DNA from: Phycisphaerales bacterium
Lineage (GTDB): Bacteria; Planctomycetota; Phycisphaerae; Phycisphaerales; UBA5793
NCBI GenBank assembly: GCA_044229655.1
Contig: JBGASM010000002.1
Location: 160,844 to 224,843 of the forward strand
DNA length: 64,000 bases
Reading direction: 5' to 3'
Position numbers and translations under genes: made by a program. Position 1 is the stretch's first letter; each line of letters starts with the position of its first letter. Of the stretch, positions 1-8,160 are shown in pieces. The notes beneath the pieces were generated by a model. It was not told the origin of the DNA. It worked only from the letters and a program-made list of their open reading frames with translations, and ran no database searches.

Positions 1-350
1 CCGTTGTAATTGATTGGATTGTGACTGGCGGTCGTTTGGACGCCCCCGGCGCAGTCGAGATGATTGATTGCAAAGTAGATGAATGGAGTGTCGACAAGTC
101 CCACATCGATGACATGAGCGCCGTATAGGCGCATTCCATCCGAGAAGGACTTTGCCAGCGCGGGGGAGGAAGGGCGCATGTCGCGCCCGATGATCAGGTG
201 TTGCATCATCGGATCAGTCTCGCCGGCCGATCGGGCTTGCTCGATGAGGTAGCGTGCGGTTGCATAGCCGATCTTCCAAGCAGTCGACTCATTGAGCGGG
301 TTTGGATAGATCGCGCGTACGTCGTATGCCTTGAAGACCTTGCCGAGCAT
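1..350 (-). CDS. phosphomannomutase/phosphoglucomutase (alpha-D-phosphohexomutase family), N-terminal part; the C-terminus lies outside the window
   Basis: Not in the ORF track because it is open at the window edge. My translation of the minus strand from the ATG at 350-348 reads MLGKVFKAYDVRAIYPNPL...HLDCAGGVQTTASHNPINYNG. It contains the TASHNP phosphoserine-loop signature of phosphohexomutases. Confidence 0.8.
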   Translation of the reverse strand, partial: MLGKVFKAYDVRAIYPNPLNESTAWKIGYATARYLIEQARSAGETDPMMQHLIIGRDMRPSSPALAKSFSDGMRLYGAHVIDVGLVDTPFIYFAINHLDCAGGVQTTASHNPINYN

Positions 351-662
351 CAGTCATAGTCCTTCCATAAGTTCAAGCCGTGGGCTTGTCGCACATGGCC
401 GCTCGACCGCACGTCGTGCGGCCGGCAATGGGCGCAAGACTGTGCGTCGACCTCGATCGCTCGTATGTCGCGATCAACTGAATCCCCGCGCGCCCAGGCG
501 AAAGGGCCGGAGTATAGGATTCCGTTTGGATGAAAATCAAAACTGACTGGCCTTGCTTGTAACGTAAAACGATGGTGCAAATAGACTTGCGTCATGTAAA
601 CATCGCGCAGAACTCGCCTGCCAATGACCTGAGCTCTCCTTGGTCGGACTAAGATCAAAGCC

Positions 663-1001
663 ATGGCACACGATCCCCAAACACCCGGCCGGTCTGGATC
701 CGCCGCCCCGACGATTGAAGTAGTCGAGCCAATTGGCAAGAGAGTCCTCATTCGCAAGGATGAGGACAGGAAGAAGACCAAAGCGGGCATCCACCTGCCG
801 GACAAGATCGAAATCCCGACGCTGACAGGTCGGGTGGTCGCAGTGAGCGCAATGGTGGAGAACGATGATGACTACCCGATTAAGCGCTACGACCGGGTGC
901 TCTTCCATCCGAAGGACTCGATCCCGGTCGACTTTGAAGGGGACAACCGGCTCTTTGTCGTGCCTGTCGAGAATATCGTGGCGGTCTTCCGGAAAGAGTG
1001 A
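663..1001 (+). CDS. groES: GroES/Cpn10-family co-chaperonin, divergent, with no groEL next to it
   Basis: The 112-aa ORF VEPIGKRVLIRKDEDRKKTKAGIHLPDKIEIPTLTGRVVAVS...DRVLF...VVPVENIVAVF follows the GroES pattern (I.PLgDRVLvk...ktaGGI.LPd....G.VvAvG...gD.V.f......il.e.dIlAv). It has a roughly 20-aa N-terminal extension. Confidence 0.6.
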   Translation: MAHDPQTPGRSGSAAPTIEVVEPIGKRVLIRKDEDRKKTKAGIHLPDKIEIPTLTGRVVAVSAMVENDDDYPIKRYDRVLFHPKDSIPVDFEGDNRLFVVPVENIVAVFRKE

Positions 1002-1067
1002 GCCCGACCGACGCTCCTGAAATGCGGACTCTGATTCCAGATACCCAGACAATTCCCGATTTCACGC

Positions 1068-2666
1068 TTGAACCAGATCAACTCCATCCAGCGCAGCGAT
1101 TTTCTCGACTTCGTCGAGCGGTTTCGCCAAGCGCATGTGCTGGTGATCGGTGCGGCGGTTGCTGAGATCGACGTCCAGTGCGATGTGAAGCGCCTAGCCC
1201 CTGATCGCGTCATGCCCGTCTATCAGTGTGACCACCAAACCATCCACCCGGGCGGGGCGGCGTTGTGTGCTTCGACGATCCGGAACCTGGGCGGGCAGGT
1301 CACGCTTCTCTCAAATCTTGGCGCTACGGGCGCAGGTCAGGCTTTGCGGCGCGCGTTGGCGGACGACGGGATCGGAGTGGTCGGAAGGGCGGTCGAGACT
1401 ACGCCCGAGCTCTGGCGGTATCTCTCGACCAATGGGTCCCGCCAGATGCTGCAGATTCGACGTTTCTGGAATGGGCGGACGATTGACCTTGACGGCACCT
1501 CGATTGACAAGTTCCTCGGGGACTCTCACCAGTCCGCGCACATCAGCGCGGTCCTGATTGTTGATGCGCAACCGGCCTGCCTGAGCCATTCGACGGTCGA
1601 GCAGGTGGCGAAGTGGGCGCACTCCCGCGGCCTGCCTGTGGTATTTGACTCCGCCGGAGGCGAGTGCCCCCTTCAGCCACATCTGGTGCACGACCTGATC
1701 GTCAACGAGTCTGAGTTGGCGCAGATTGCGCGCGATTCAGGGGCAGTTGTGTCGGCCGAGAGCGAAACGAATGCGCGCGATTTAGCGCGCGCCGCGAGCA
1801 CTCGAATCCTGCTATCACGGGGGCGGCAAGCGGCAATCCTCATTGGAGGAGGGAGCCCAGAGCAGGACGCGGTTATTCCGGTCGTCCCCCGACCATTCAC
1901 GGATCGACGCGGCGTCGGATTCGTTCTGTCCGGTGTTTATTCGCTGGGCTTGGCTGCAGGCGTACCAGCTCGCGATGCGGCCTTCCTCGCTTGCGGCGCG
2001 GCTTCGTCGGCAGCGGCGACACCTGGCCCCAAGCACCTGACTATTGATGACCTGCATCACCTGGCATTCCGCGAGATTGAGTCCGATGTTGCGGATGCAA
2101 TTGAGTTGTTTCAGCGAATTGGCAGGGAGATGTTGCCGGTGATTGACTCCGCAGCACGACTTCTACTGCAGGCGTACACGCGCGACCGGCAGGTACTCGT
2201 GTTCGGCAATGGCGGGTCCGCGGCAGAGGCGAATCATCTTGTCGGTGAACTGACGGGCCGCTTCAAGGCGTCGCGCCCGGGTTTGCCGGCCATCTCACTG
2301 TCCGCCAACGACTCCCTGACGACGTGTCTGGCGAACGACTATGGGTATGAGGATGTGTTTGCTCGGCAGGTCGACACTTTTTGCAGAGAAGGCGACGTGG
2401 TGATCGGGCTGTCGACAAGCGGCAAATCGAGCAACGTCGTCAAGGCTATGGAGGCGGCGCGGGCGCGCGGAGCGAAAATAATCGCACTGACGGGTTCAGT
2501 GCGCGGCCCCATGTCCGAACTCGCGGATGTGTCCATCAACGTACCGTCGCGCATTACGGCACGGATTCAGGAAGCGCACCTGTTCGTGATTCACGTGATG
2601 TGCGACATGCTGGACCGCCGACTGGATCCGACGGGTCGGCTGCATCCTGCGGCCTCAGAAATGTGA
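1068..2666 (+). CDS. gmhA: fusion protein: N-terminal PfkB/HldE-domain-I-like sugar kinase domain (catalytic motif degenerate) plus C-terminal SIS-domain phosphoheptose isomerase GmhA
   Basis: TTG start in the track. The C-terminal roughly 190 aa align along their length with E. coli GmhA: VLVFGNGGSAAEANHLVGELTGRF...GDVVIGLSTSGKSSNVVKAMEAARARGAKIIALTG...RIQEAHLFVIHVMCDML. The N-terminal roughly 330 aa align with HldE domain I (HPGGAA.., IVNESELAQI), but GDVMLDRY has become GAAVAEIDV and DVTGAGD has become DRRGVGF. Confidence 0.75.
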   Translation: MNQINSIQRSDFLDFVERFRQAHVLVIGAAVAEIDVQCDVKRLAPDRVMPVYQCDHQTIHPGGAALCASTIRNLGGQVTLLSNLGATGAGQALRRALADDGIGVVGRAVETTPELWRYLSTNGSRQMLQIRRFWNGRTIDLDGTSIDKFLGDSHQSAHISAVLIVDAQPACLSHSTVEQVAKWAHSRGLPVVFDSAGGECPLQPHLVHDLIVNESELAQIARDSGAVVSAESETNARDLARAASTRILLSRGRQAAILIGGGSPEQDAVIPVVPRPFTDRRGVGFVLSGVYSLGLAAGVPARDAAFLACGAASSAAATPGPKHLTIDDLHHLAFREIESDVADAIELFQRIGREMLPVIDSAARLLLQAYTRDRQVLVFGNGGSAAEANHLVGELTGRFKASRPGLPAISLSANDSLTTCLANDYGYEDVFARQVDTFCREGDVVIGLSTSGKSSNVVKAMEAARARGAKIIALTGSVRGPMSELADVSINVPSRITARIQEAHLFVIHVMCDMLDRRLDPTGRLHPAASEM

Positions 2667-2673
2667 GTGCATC

Positions 2674-3576
2674 ATGTCCGGCAAGGTGATCATCCTCGGA
2701 GATGTCATGGTGGATGAGTACCTCCACGCCAACCCGGTCGGCGTATCTGATGAGGCTCCGGTGACAGTCCTGGATTGGGTAGACACCCGCCGAATGCTTG
2801 GCGGCATGCTGAATGCTGCGTCCAGCCTGCGCACATTCGGGCTTCAGGTGATGGCGCTGGGAATCGCCGGGCCCGATGAGGCGGGGCAATATTTGCGGGA
2901 CGAGTGTGGCCGGCTCGGCATCGACGCCCGCCTGTTTGATGACGGGAGGACAACGACTGTCAAAACGCGCATTATCAGTCGCGGTGACTACCTGGCCCGG
3001 TTGGATACCGAGCAAGTGCAGCAGATTTCCGTTGAGATCGCCGGACGCGCTTTAGACGCGGTACGGCATGGACTGACTGACGCATCGGTGTTGGTGATCT
3101 CAGATTACGCCAAGGGATTCTGCACTCCCGCCGTGGTCAGCGGCTGTCTACTGGCCGGAAAGGCCAGCGGCATACCCACCGTGGTTGATGCCAAACCGGA
3201 GCTGCTGCGGCAGTGCGCCGGAGCGACGTGGATCAAGCCGAATCGGCGCGAAGCGACCGAGTTGGCTCGTCTGCTGGATTTGCCAGGTGCCAGGAGTGGG
3301 GAGGAACTCGCTCAGAGGTTGGGTGGGGCGTTGGACTGTTCAGTACTGCTTACGCTGGACGCTGACGGGATGACGTTGTTCAATCGCGCCGATAACAGCG
3401 TGCGGAGTATCCCCGCAGTTGGAGGCAAGGCCGGATACTCCGGGGCGGGAGACGTTGCCCTGGCGGCGCTCATTGCGGGCATTGCGCGCAAGGCAGCGCC
3501 GGAGGGAATCATTTCCGGAATCGAGGCCGCGCTCGCCCGGGCCGATGACTCCGCGGGCACGTTGACGTTGCGGTAA
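2674..3576 (+). CDS. PfkB-family kinase, D-glycero-beta-D-manno-heptose-7-phosphate kinase-like (HldA / RfaE domain I)
   Basis: VIILGDVMVDEYLH..GVSDEAPVTVL, VISDYAKGF, IKPNRREA and GYSGAGDVALAAL match HldE domain I motifs (GDVMLDRY, SPEAPVPV, SDYAKG, PN..E, GAGD). The gene starts 7 nt after the preceding gene. Confidence 0.65.
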   Translation: MSGKVIILGDVMVDEYLHANPVGVSDEAPVTVLDWVDTRRMLGGMLNAASSLRTFGLQVMALGIAGPDEAGQYLRDECGRLGIDARLFDDGRTTTVKTRIISRGDYLARLDTEQVQQISVEIAGRALDAVRHGLTDASVLVISDYAKGFCTPAVVSGCLLAGKASGIPTVVDAKPELLRQCAGATWIKPNRREATELARLLDLPGARSGEELAQRLGGALDCSVLLTLDADGMTLFNRADNSVRSIPAVGGKAGYSGAGDVALAALIAGIARKAAPEGIISGIEAALARADDSAGTLTLR

Positions 3577-3580
3577 ACGC

Positions 3581-4570
3581 TCAGCCGTTTGGCGTCGGGA
3601 CGCGGAACTGGCTGAGATCGACGCCCTTGAAGTAGTCGATGGTTTTGCGCAGCCCTTCTTCGAGTGCGATCTTGGGCTCCCAGCTGAGTTTGTTTCGCGC
3701 TAGATCAATGATTGGCTTTCGCTGGGTGGGGTCGTCGGCCGGAAGCGGGCGCTGCACGAGTTTCGACTTTGACCCCGTCATGCGCACGACAATCTCCGCG
3801 AGCTGCTTGATTGTGAATTCCCCCGGATTGCCGAGGTTGACCGGGCCTACAAAGTCGTCCGGCCCGTTCATCATGCGGATGATGCCCTCGACAAGGTCAT
3901 CGACGTAACAGAATGAGCGCGTCTGGCTGCCGTCGCCGAAAATCGTGATGTCTTCTCCCGTCAGAGCCTGGCGAATGAAGTTGCTTACCACGCGGCCGTC
4001 GTAGGGGTGCATGCGCGGGCCGTAGGTGTTGAATATGCGGATGACCTTGACGCGCACTTTGTTGCTGCGCATGTAGTCGAAGCACAGGGTCTCGGCGGCA
4101 CGCTTGCCCTCGTCATAGCAGGCGCGCGGGCCGATGGGATTCACATTCCCACGGTAACTCTCCGGCTGCGGATGCACTTCGGGGTCGCCGTAGACCTCGC
4201 TTGTGGAGGCATGAAGCACTCGCGCCCCGGTACGCTTGGCCATTCCCAGGACGTTGATGGCGCCGAGAATGGAGCATTTCATCGTCTTGATCGGGTTCCA
4301 CTGGTAATGAACAGGGCTGGCCGGGCAGGCCATGTTGTAGATCTCGTCCACTTCAAGCCAGATGGGGTGCGTCACATCATGGCGCACGAGCTCAAAGTTG
4401 GGCCTGCCAAGGAGGTGCGCAACATTGGATTTCTGGCTGGTGAAGAAGTTGTCCAGGCAGATGACATCGTGTCCCTGGGCCACGAGACGATCACAAATGT
4501 GCGAGCCGAGGAACCCGGCGCCGCCGGTCACGAGGATGCGCTTCATTTTGGGTATGGACATGGCGGGCAA
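3581..4570 (-). CDS. uxs: UDP-glucuronate decarboxylase (UDP-xylose synthase), extended SDR
   Basis: [20 protein letters not shown]..., [41 protein letters not shown] and [10 protein letters not shown] are highly characteristic of the UXS family. The start may be the MKRILV Met at 4546. Confidence 0.9.
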   Translation of the reverse strand: MPAMSIPKMKRILVTGGAGFLGSHICDRLVAQGHDVICLDNFFTSQKSNVAHLLGRPNFELVRHDVTHPIWLEVDEIYNMACPASPVHYQWNPIKTMKCSILGAINVLGMAKRTGARVLHASTSEVYGDPEVHPQPESYRGNVNPIGPRACYDEGKRAAETLCFDYMRSNKVRVKVIRIFNTYGPRMHPYDGRVVSNFIRQALTGEDITIFGDGSQTRSFCYVDDLVEGIIRMMNGPDDFVGPVNLGNPGEFTIKQLAEIVVRMTGSKSKLVQRPLPADDPTQRKPIIDLARNKLSWEPKIALEEGLRKTIDYFKGVDLSQFRVPTPNG

Positions 4571-4600
4571 GGGTATCCGAGTACGCAGCCAATTGGAATG

Positions 4601-5218
4601 TCAGGCGCCACGCGCCGACTGCCTGCACTCATCGGCATGCCAAGCGCTTCTCTCAAGCGCAAATAACTCCAACCTCGCGTTGTAGAACCGATCCGTGACG
4701 CCTTGGCTGCGCATCTGAAGGCGGTGCATGACCGCCACGGATCTGGTGTTATCCGGATAAACCACCGCATGCACAATTGAGAGGTTCACCGTGTCAAACG
4801 CATGTCGAAGCATTGCACGGCCGCCTTCAGTAGCGAAACCCCTGCCCCAGGCGCTGCGGGCCAGATGCCAGCCGACCTCGATCTCTTCCGCATATCCCTC
4901 GTTGTTCGGGCCCGGGAGCGGCTTGAGTAGTATGCAGCCGACGAGCTGCCCGGTAGCCTTTTCAAAGGTCGCCCACAGGCCCAGTCCGGGCGCAAACGTG
5001 GCTGTGCGGTCAATCATCTTCTTGAGCCGCTCGCACATCTCGTCGACGCTCTTGACGGGGGTCCCGCTGCCGGGGGTGGGGCCGCCCAGAAAGTGCATCA
5101 CCTCGGGATCGCTGTAAATGTGAAGTGCTGCGGGAGCGTCCTCGATACGCCAGAGGCGCATATGCAGCCGAGGCGTTTCCAAGGGGTGTTCACTGATGTC
5201 GGCACTCGGCATTCGCAC
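4601..5218 (-). CDS. GNAT family N-acetyltransferase (RimJ/RimL-like)
   Basis: LETPRLHMRLWRIEDAPAALHIYSDPEVMHFLGG at the N-terminus and WGRGFATEGGRAMLRHAF (acetyl-CoA binding Q/RxxGxG/A-like) are typical of Acetyltransf_3 family proteins. Confidence 0.75.
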   Translation of the reverse strand: MRMPSADISEHPLETPRLHMRLWRIEDAPAALHIYSDPEVMHFLGGPTPGSGTPVKSVDEMCERLKKMIDRTATFAPGLGLWATFEKATGQLVGCILLKPLPGPNNEGYAEEIEVGWHLARSAWGRGFATEGGRAMLRHAFDTVNLSIVHAVVYPDNTRSVAVMHRLQMRSQGVTDRFYNARLELFALERSAWHADECRQSARGA

Positions 5219-5569
5219 AGGGTATCCGCGTGCTTCGAACCCTCGGATCGGCCAATCCAGCTCAGATGGCTGCCCCTACATCGCGGTCGTGTCCGAGCAG
5301 GGGGGAGGCTTCAATTCGCGCAATCAATTGCAAATGTTCGAAAAAATTTCCACATCCTGGTGCACTCCATGCATGGGACCGCGCCGACTGTCGGTGAGCC
5401 ACTGCTTGCCAGAGCAGCATTTTTGACCAAATGGATGTCAGGAGCTCCGGGTTGGCCCGTCGAAACCCTCTCATTCCGGAGTCGTCGCAACGAGCGGGTT
5501 GTCCCAAGTGCGCGGGCAACCGATCATGCGGTTTGCGCCGTGTGCGAGGCACCCGAACCGCATCCGGAC

Positions 5570-5959
5570 TCAATGCGCTGTGGCGTCAGCCTGCATCATT
5601 CCGAAGATGTTTCCGTCGAGGTCTGTCCCGTAGGCCAGCCAGCCGACCCCCGGGACCGTCATCTTCGGAAGTGCGATTTTGCCGCCAACTTGGGCGAGTT
5701 TCGCGAGGGCTGCGTCGACCGAAGGGACGGAAATCGTGCACGGATATGCATTGACGGGTTGGCCGGCTGTCGGTCCGCTGCCGTGTCTGCGCAGGAGGCC
5801 GCCATTGATTCCGGGTTCTTCGGGCGGGCCGGTGATGATGAGCCAATAGTCCATCGGACCGGGCCATTTTTCGAACTTCCACCCAAAGAGTGATGAGTAG
5901 AAGCCGATCGCGAGTTCGGGGTTCTCGCTGTGAATTTCGAAGTGGGCGGGGCGTGGCAT
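5570..5959 (-). CDS. VOC family protein (glyoxalase/bleomycin-resistance fold)
   Basis: MPRPAHFEIHSENPELAIGFYSSLFGWKFEKW...GWLAYGTDLDGNIFGMMQ is the typical VOC pattern. I moved the start from 6025 to the Met at 5959, which removes the overlap with pyrE. Confidence 0.75.
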   Translation of the reverse strand: MPRPAHFEIHSENPELAIGFYSSLFGWKFEKWPGPMDYWLIITGPPEEPGINGGLLRRHGSGPTAGQPVNAYPCTISVPSVDAALAKLAQVGGKIALPKMTVPGVGWLAYGTDLDGNIFGMMQADATAH

Positions 5960-5981
5960 CGAGCACTCTCCTGACGGTCGA

Positions 5982-6560
5982 TTACTCGGTGATGCCGAGA
6001 TCGGCCTTTGTGAACAAACTTTCAAACGCGAATCCGGCGGCCTCTATATTGGCCCGAGCGCCTTCCTGGCGATCAATGACGGCAATGATCTTCTCAATCG
6101 TCGCCCCCAGGTCGCGCAGCATGTTCGCCGCTTCGAGCACCTGACCACCGGTGGTCGCGATATCTTCAATGATGACCAGCCGGTCCCCCGTGTTGAGCAC
6201 CCCCTCAATCTGCTTGGCCGTGCCGTAATCCTTCTTCTTGTTGCGCACGAAGATACACGGAAGGCCGGTTGCAAGGGACGCAGCAGTGACGAGCGGAATC
6301 CCGCCGAGTTCCGCGCCGGCCAGCCGCGTGACGGCTTTCCGGTCAATCTGTGCCGCGAAAGACACCCCAAGCGCGGCCAAGACATCCGGCTGCGTTGAGA
6401 AGAGGTACTTGTCGAGGTAGTACTTGCTGGTGCGTCCTGAGCGAAGTGTGAAATTTCCGCGCAGGAGCGCGACGTCGGCGATGCGCCGGGCGAGTTGCTC
6501 ACGGTTCAGTGCGGAACCAGTCAGCGCGCCGCAGGGCTGGGTTGCATTGGGCATGGACAT
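5982..6560 (-). CDS. pyrE: orotate phosphoribosyltransferase
   Basis: LRGNFTLRSGRTSKYYLDKYLF and the PRPP-binding loop LVIIEDIATTGGQVLEAA. Confidence 0.9.
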   Translation of the reverse strand: MSMPNATQPCGALTGSALNREQLARRIADVALLRGNFTLRSGRTSKYYLDKYLFSTQPDVLAALGVSFAAQIDRKAVTRLAGAELGGIPLVTAASLATGLPCIFVRNKKKDYGTAKQIEGVLNTGDRLVIIEDIATTGGQVLEAANMLRDLGATIEKIIAVIDRQEGARANIEAAGFAFESLFTKADLGITE

Positions 6561-6652
6561 AGGTTATCCGTCGACAGACAAGCGAGGTGATTGAGTTGCC
6601 ATGATGGAAGACTCTCACCAGCGTGCGGAACACGTCCGGGGTACCATGCGGC

Positions 6653-7276
6653 ATGACGCAGAAATTCCAGACCAGTCTGGTCGGCGTGACCCAAAAGAAT
6701 CGTGACGGTACCCCCCGCCAGGACGTGCTGAAGGCCTGTTGCGTGGGGGACCCGCTCGACCTGATCCATGAGCCCAACAACAGATTTGACCCCGATGCGA
6801 TTCAGGTCCGTCGCCGCGGCGGGCTGGCCATCGGCTACGTGCCGTCCGATCTAGCCCGGGCCGTGGTTCGCGTGCTGGAGCACGGTGCGAGGGCGTCTGC
6901 GGAAGTCTTGCGTATCGAGGGGGGAACTGCCGAAAACCCACTTCGCACTGTCGCGATTCGCATCACCATCGAGCAGGACGTGGATGCAACGACTCCCACA
7001 CCTACGGAGCAGATGCGCAGCGGTTTGTCGCCCGCCTTGGCGTACTACCAGTATCTGGAGAAGGCCCTGCTTGACGGAGTTCTGAGCGAACCCGAGAAGG
7101 CTCGAGCGCGAACGTTCAAGGCTCATCTGGATGATGCCGAGGTCCGCGCCGTGCACGCGCGGGTCTACTGCAGGGCGCTGGTGGAGGTCGCAGCGGACGG
7201 AGCTATCAGTGAGACCGAAGAGAACAGACTCAGCGACCTGCGAATCTTCCTGACTGAGTTGGGATGGTCGCCGTGA
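6653..7276 (+). CDS. HIRAN domain-containing protein with a helical C-terminal half
   Basis: LVGVTQKNRDG...GDPLDLIHEPNNRFDPDAIQVRRRGGLAIGYVPSDLARAVVRVLEHG matches the HIRAN pattern (G..y......l..G..l.L.rEP.N..D.nAI.V....g..iGYvp...A..l). The C-terminal half carries DG.[LI]SE.E-type helical repeats (LLDGVLSEPEKARA, AADGAISETEENRLSDL). Start moved to the ATG at 6653; the track GTG is at 6623. Confidence 0.7.
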   Translation: MTQKFQTSLVGVTQKNRDGTPRQDVLKACCVGDPLDLIHEPNNRFDPDAIQVRRRGGLAIGYVPSDLARAVVRVLEHGARASAEVLRIEGGTAENPLRTVAIRITIEQDVDATTPTPTEQMRSGLSPALAYYQYLEKALLDGVLSEPEKARARTFKAHLDDAEVRAVHARVYCRALVEVAADGAISETEENRLSDLRIFLTELGWSP

Positions 7277-8130
7277 GTGCAGGGCATTGGGTTACCTGGG
7301 AGAGCAACTCTTTTGATCAGCCTCACTTTGAAATGGCTCGGCGATTAGCTGGTCGGCACTTTGTTTCGGTCCAGTGCATGTACTGCCCGCTGTACTGCCT
7401 TCTCTTTGTCTTTCTGCCGATCATGCTTGCATTAGTGTCGGTGAGTCCGCACCTCCCTCAGTTCCTAACTGGAGCCGCAGATTTCATTGGCACGATGGCC
7501 ATTGCGCTGCAATGCGCATCCTTTCCGATTTCAGCAGTTGGAATGGCATGCAGAACCTGGTTCGGGTTGAAGTTGAAGAAGTTCTGGAGTCGTCACCGCG
7601 CGGAAATCGTTGCGGAGGCCCCAGATCCTCTAATGGGCGAGTGGTTTCAGGACTTTGTCGTAACGCGTGTCGACAGAGAATCGCTTACTCTGCGAAGGCA
7701 CTGGATCGTGCAATTTGTCTGGTTTGGAGTGGCCGTCGTGACGGCGTTGGGCGCGGAAATTATGCTCAGCATTCTGATTCAGTTCTTGCAACTCGGGGTT
7801 CCCATGATTGCCCCCGGCCTTCTTGTTTTGCTGGTCGCGGGGATTCTCTTCAAAGTCAGTCGGTTCGAGCCGGTCGTCGAGTGGGGCGTCAAGTCCATTG
7901 AGACCGGGCCAGTCCTGTACCGCGTTTTTCGACGCAATCTTGTGTTTGCTCGCGAGGACCGGCTGACGGCAGACGCACTCAGGAGCATTTCCAAGCAAGT
8001 TGCGGGACTGACGGTGACGACCTCTGGGGATAGGTTCATCCTGTTCATCACTGAGTTCCACGGGTATCAGGAGCTCAAGATGGATCGAGTGACGCGTGCA
8101 TTGAAAGTGCGCCTCCAAAGGCAGTCTTGA
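7264..8130 (+). CDS. hypothetical polytopic membrane protein (about 4 TM segments)
   Basis: Hydrophobic stretches include CPLYCLLFVFLPIMLALVSV, FIGTMAIALQCASFPISAVGMA, IVQFVWFGVAVVTALGAEIMLSILI and MIAPGLLVLLVAGILF. I recognise no family. The gene overlaps the HIRAN gene stop by 13 nt. The start is uncertain; the Met at 7333 is an alternative. Confidence 0.5.
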   Translation: MVAVSAGHWVTWESNSFDQPHFEMARRLAGRHFVSVQCMYCPLYCLLFVFLPIMLALVSVSPHLPQFLTGAADFIGTMAIALQCASFPISAVGMACRTWFGLKLKKFWSRHRAEIVAEAPDPLMGEWFQDFVVTRVDRESLTLRRHWIVQFVWFGVAVVTALGAEIMLSILIQFLQLGVPMIAPGLLVLLVAGILFKVSRFEPVVEWGVKSIETGPVLYRVFRRNLVFAREDRLTADALRSISKQVAGLTVTTSGDRFILFITEFHGYQELKMDRVTRALKVRLQRQS

Positions 8131-8160
8131 GTGACCCAGAGAAACCTCTGTCGGCAGCTG

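Noticed and set aside
351-662. Possible CIRCE or HAIR heat-shock operator upstream of the GroES-like gene
   Set aside because: I did not find TTAGCACTC-N9-GAGTGCTAA or a close variant, nor an HspR-type inverted repeat, in the divergent spacer.
5225-5250. TTCGAA-containing segment (GCTTCGAACCC) that superficially resembles a tRNA T-loop
   Set aside because: No acceptor stem, D-arm or anticodon arm can be drawn around it. The flanking sequence does not fold into a cloverleaf.
5093-5893. 266-aa plus-strand ORF overlapping the GNAT and VOC genes and the gap between them
   Set aside because: It is antisense to two recognisable genes. The translation is Arg/Ser/Pro-rich without motifs.
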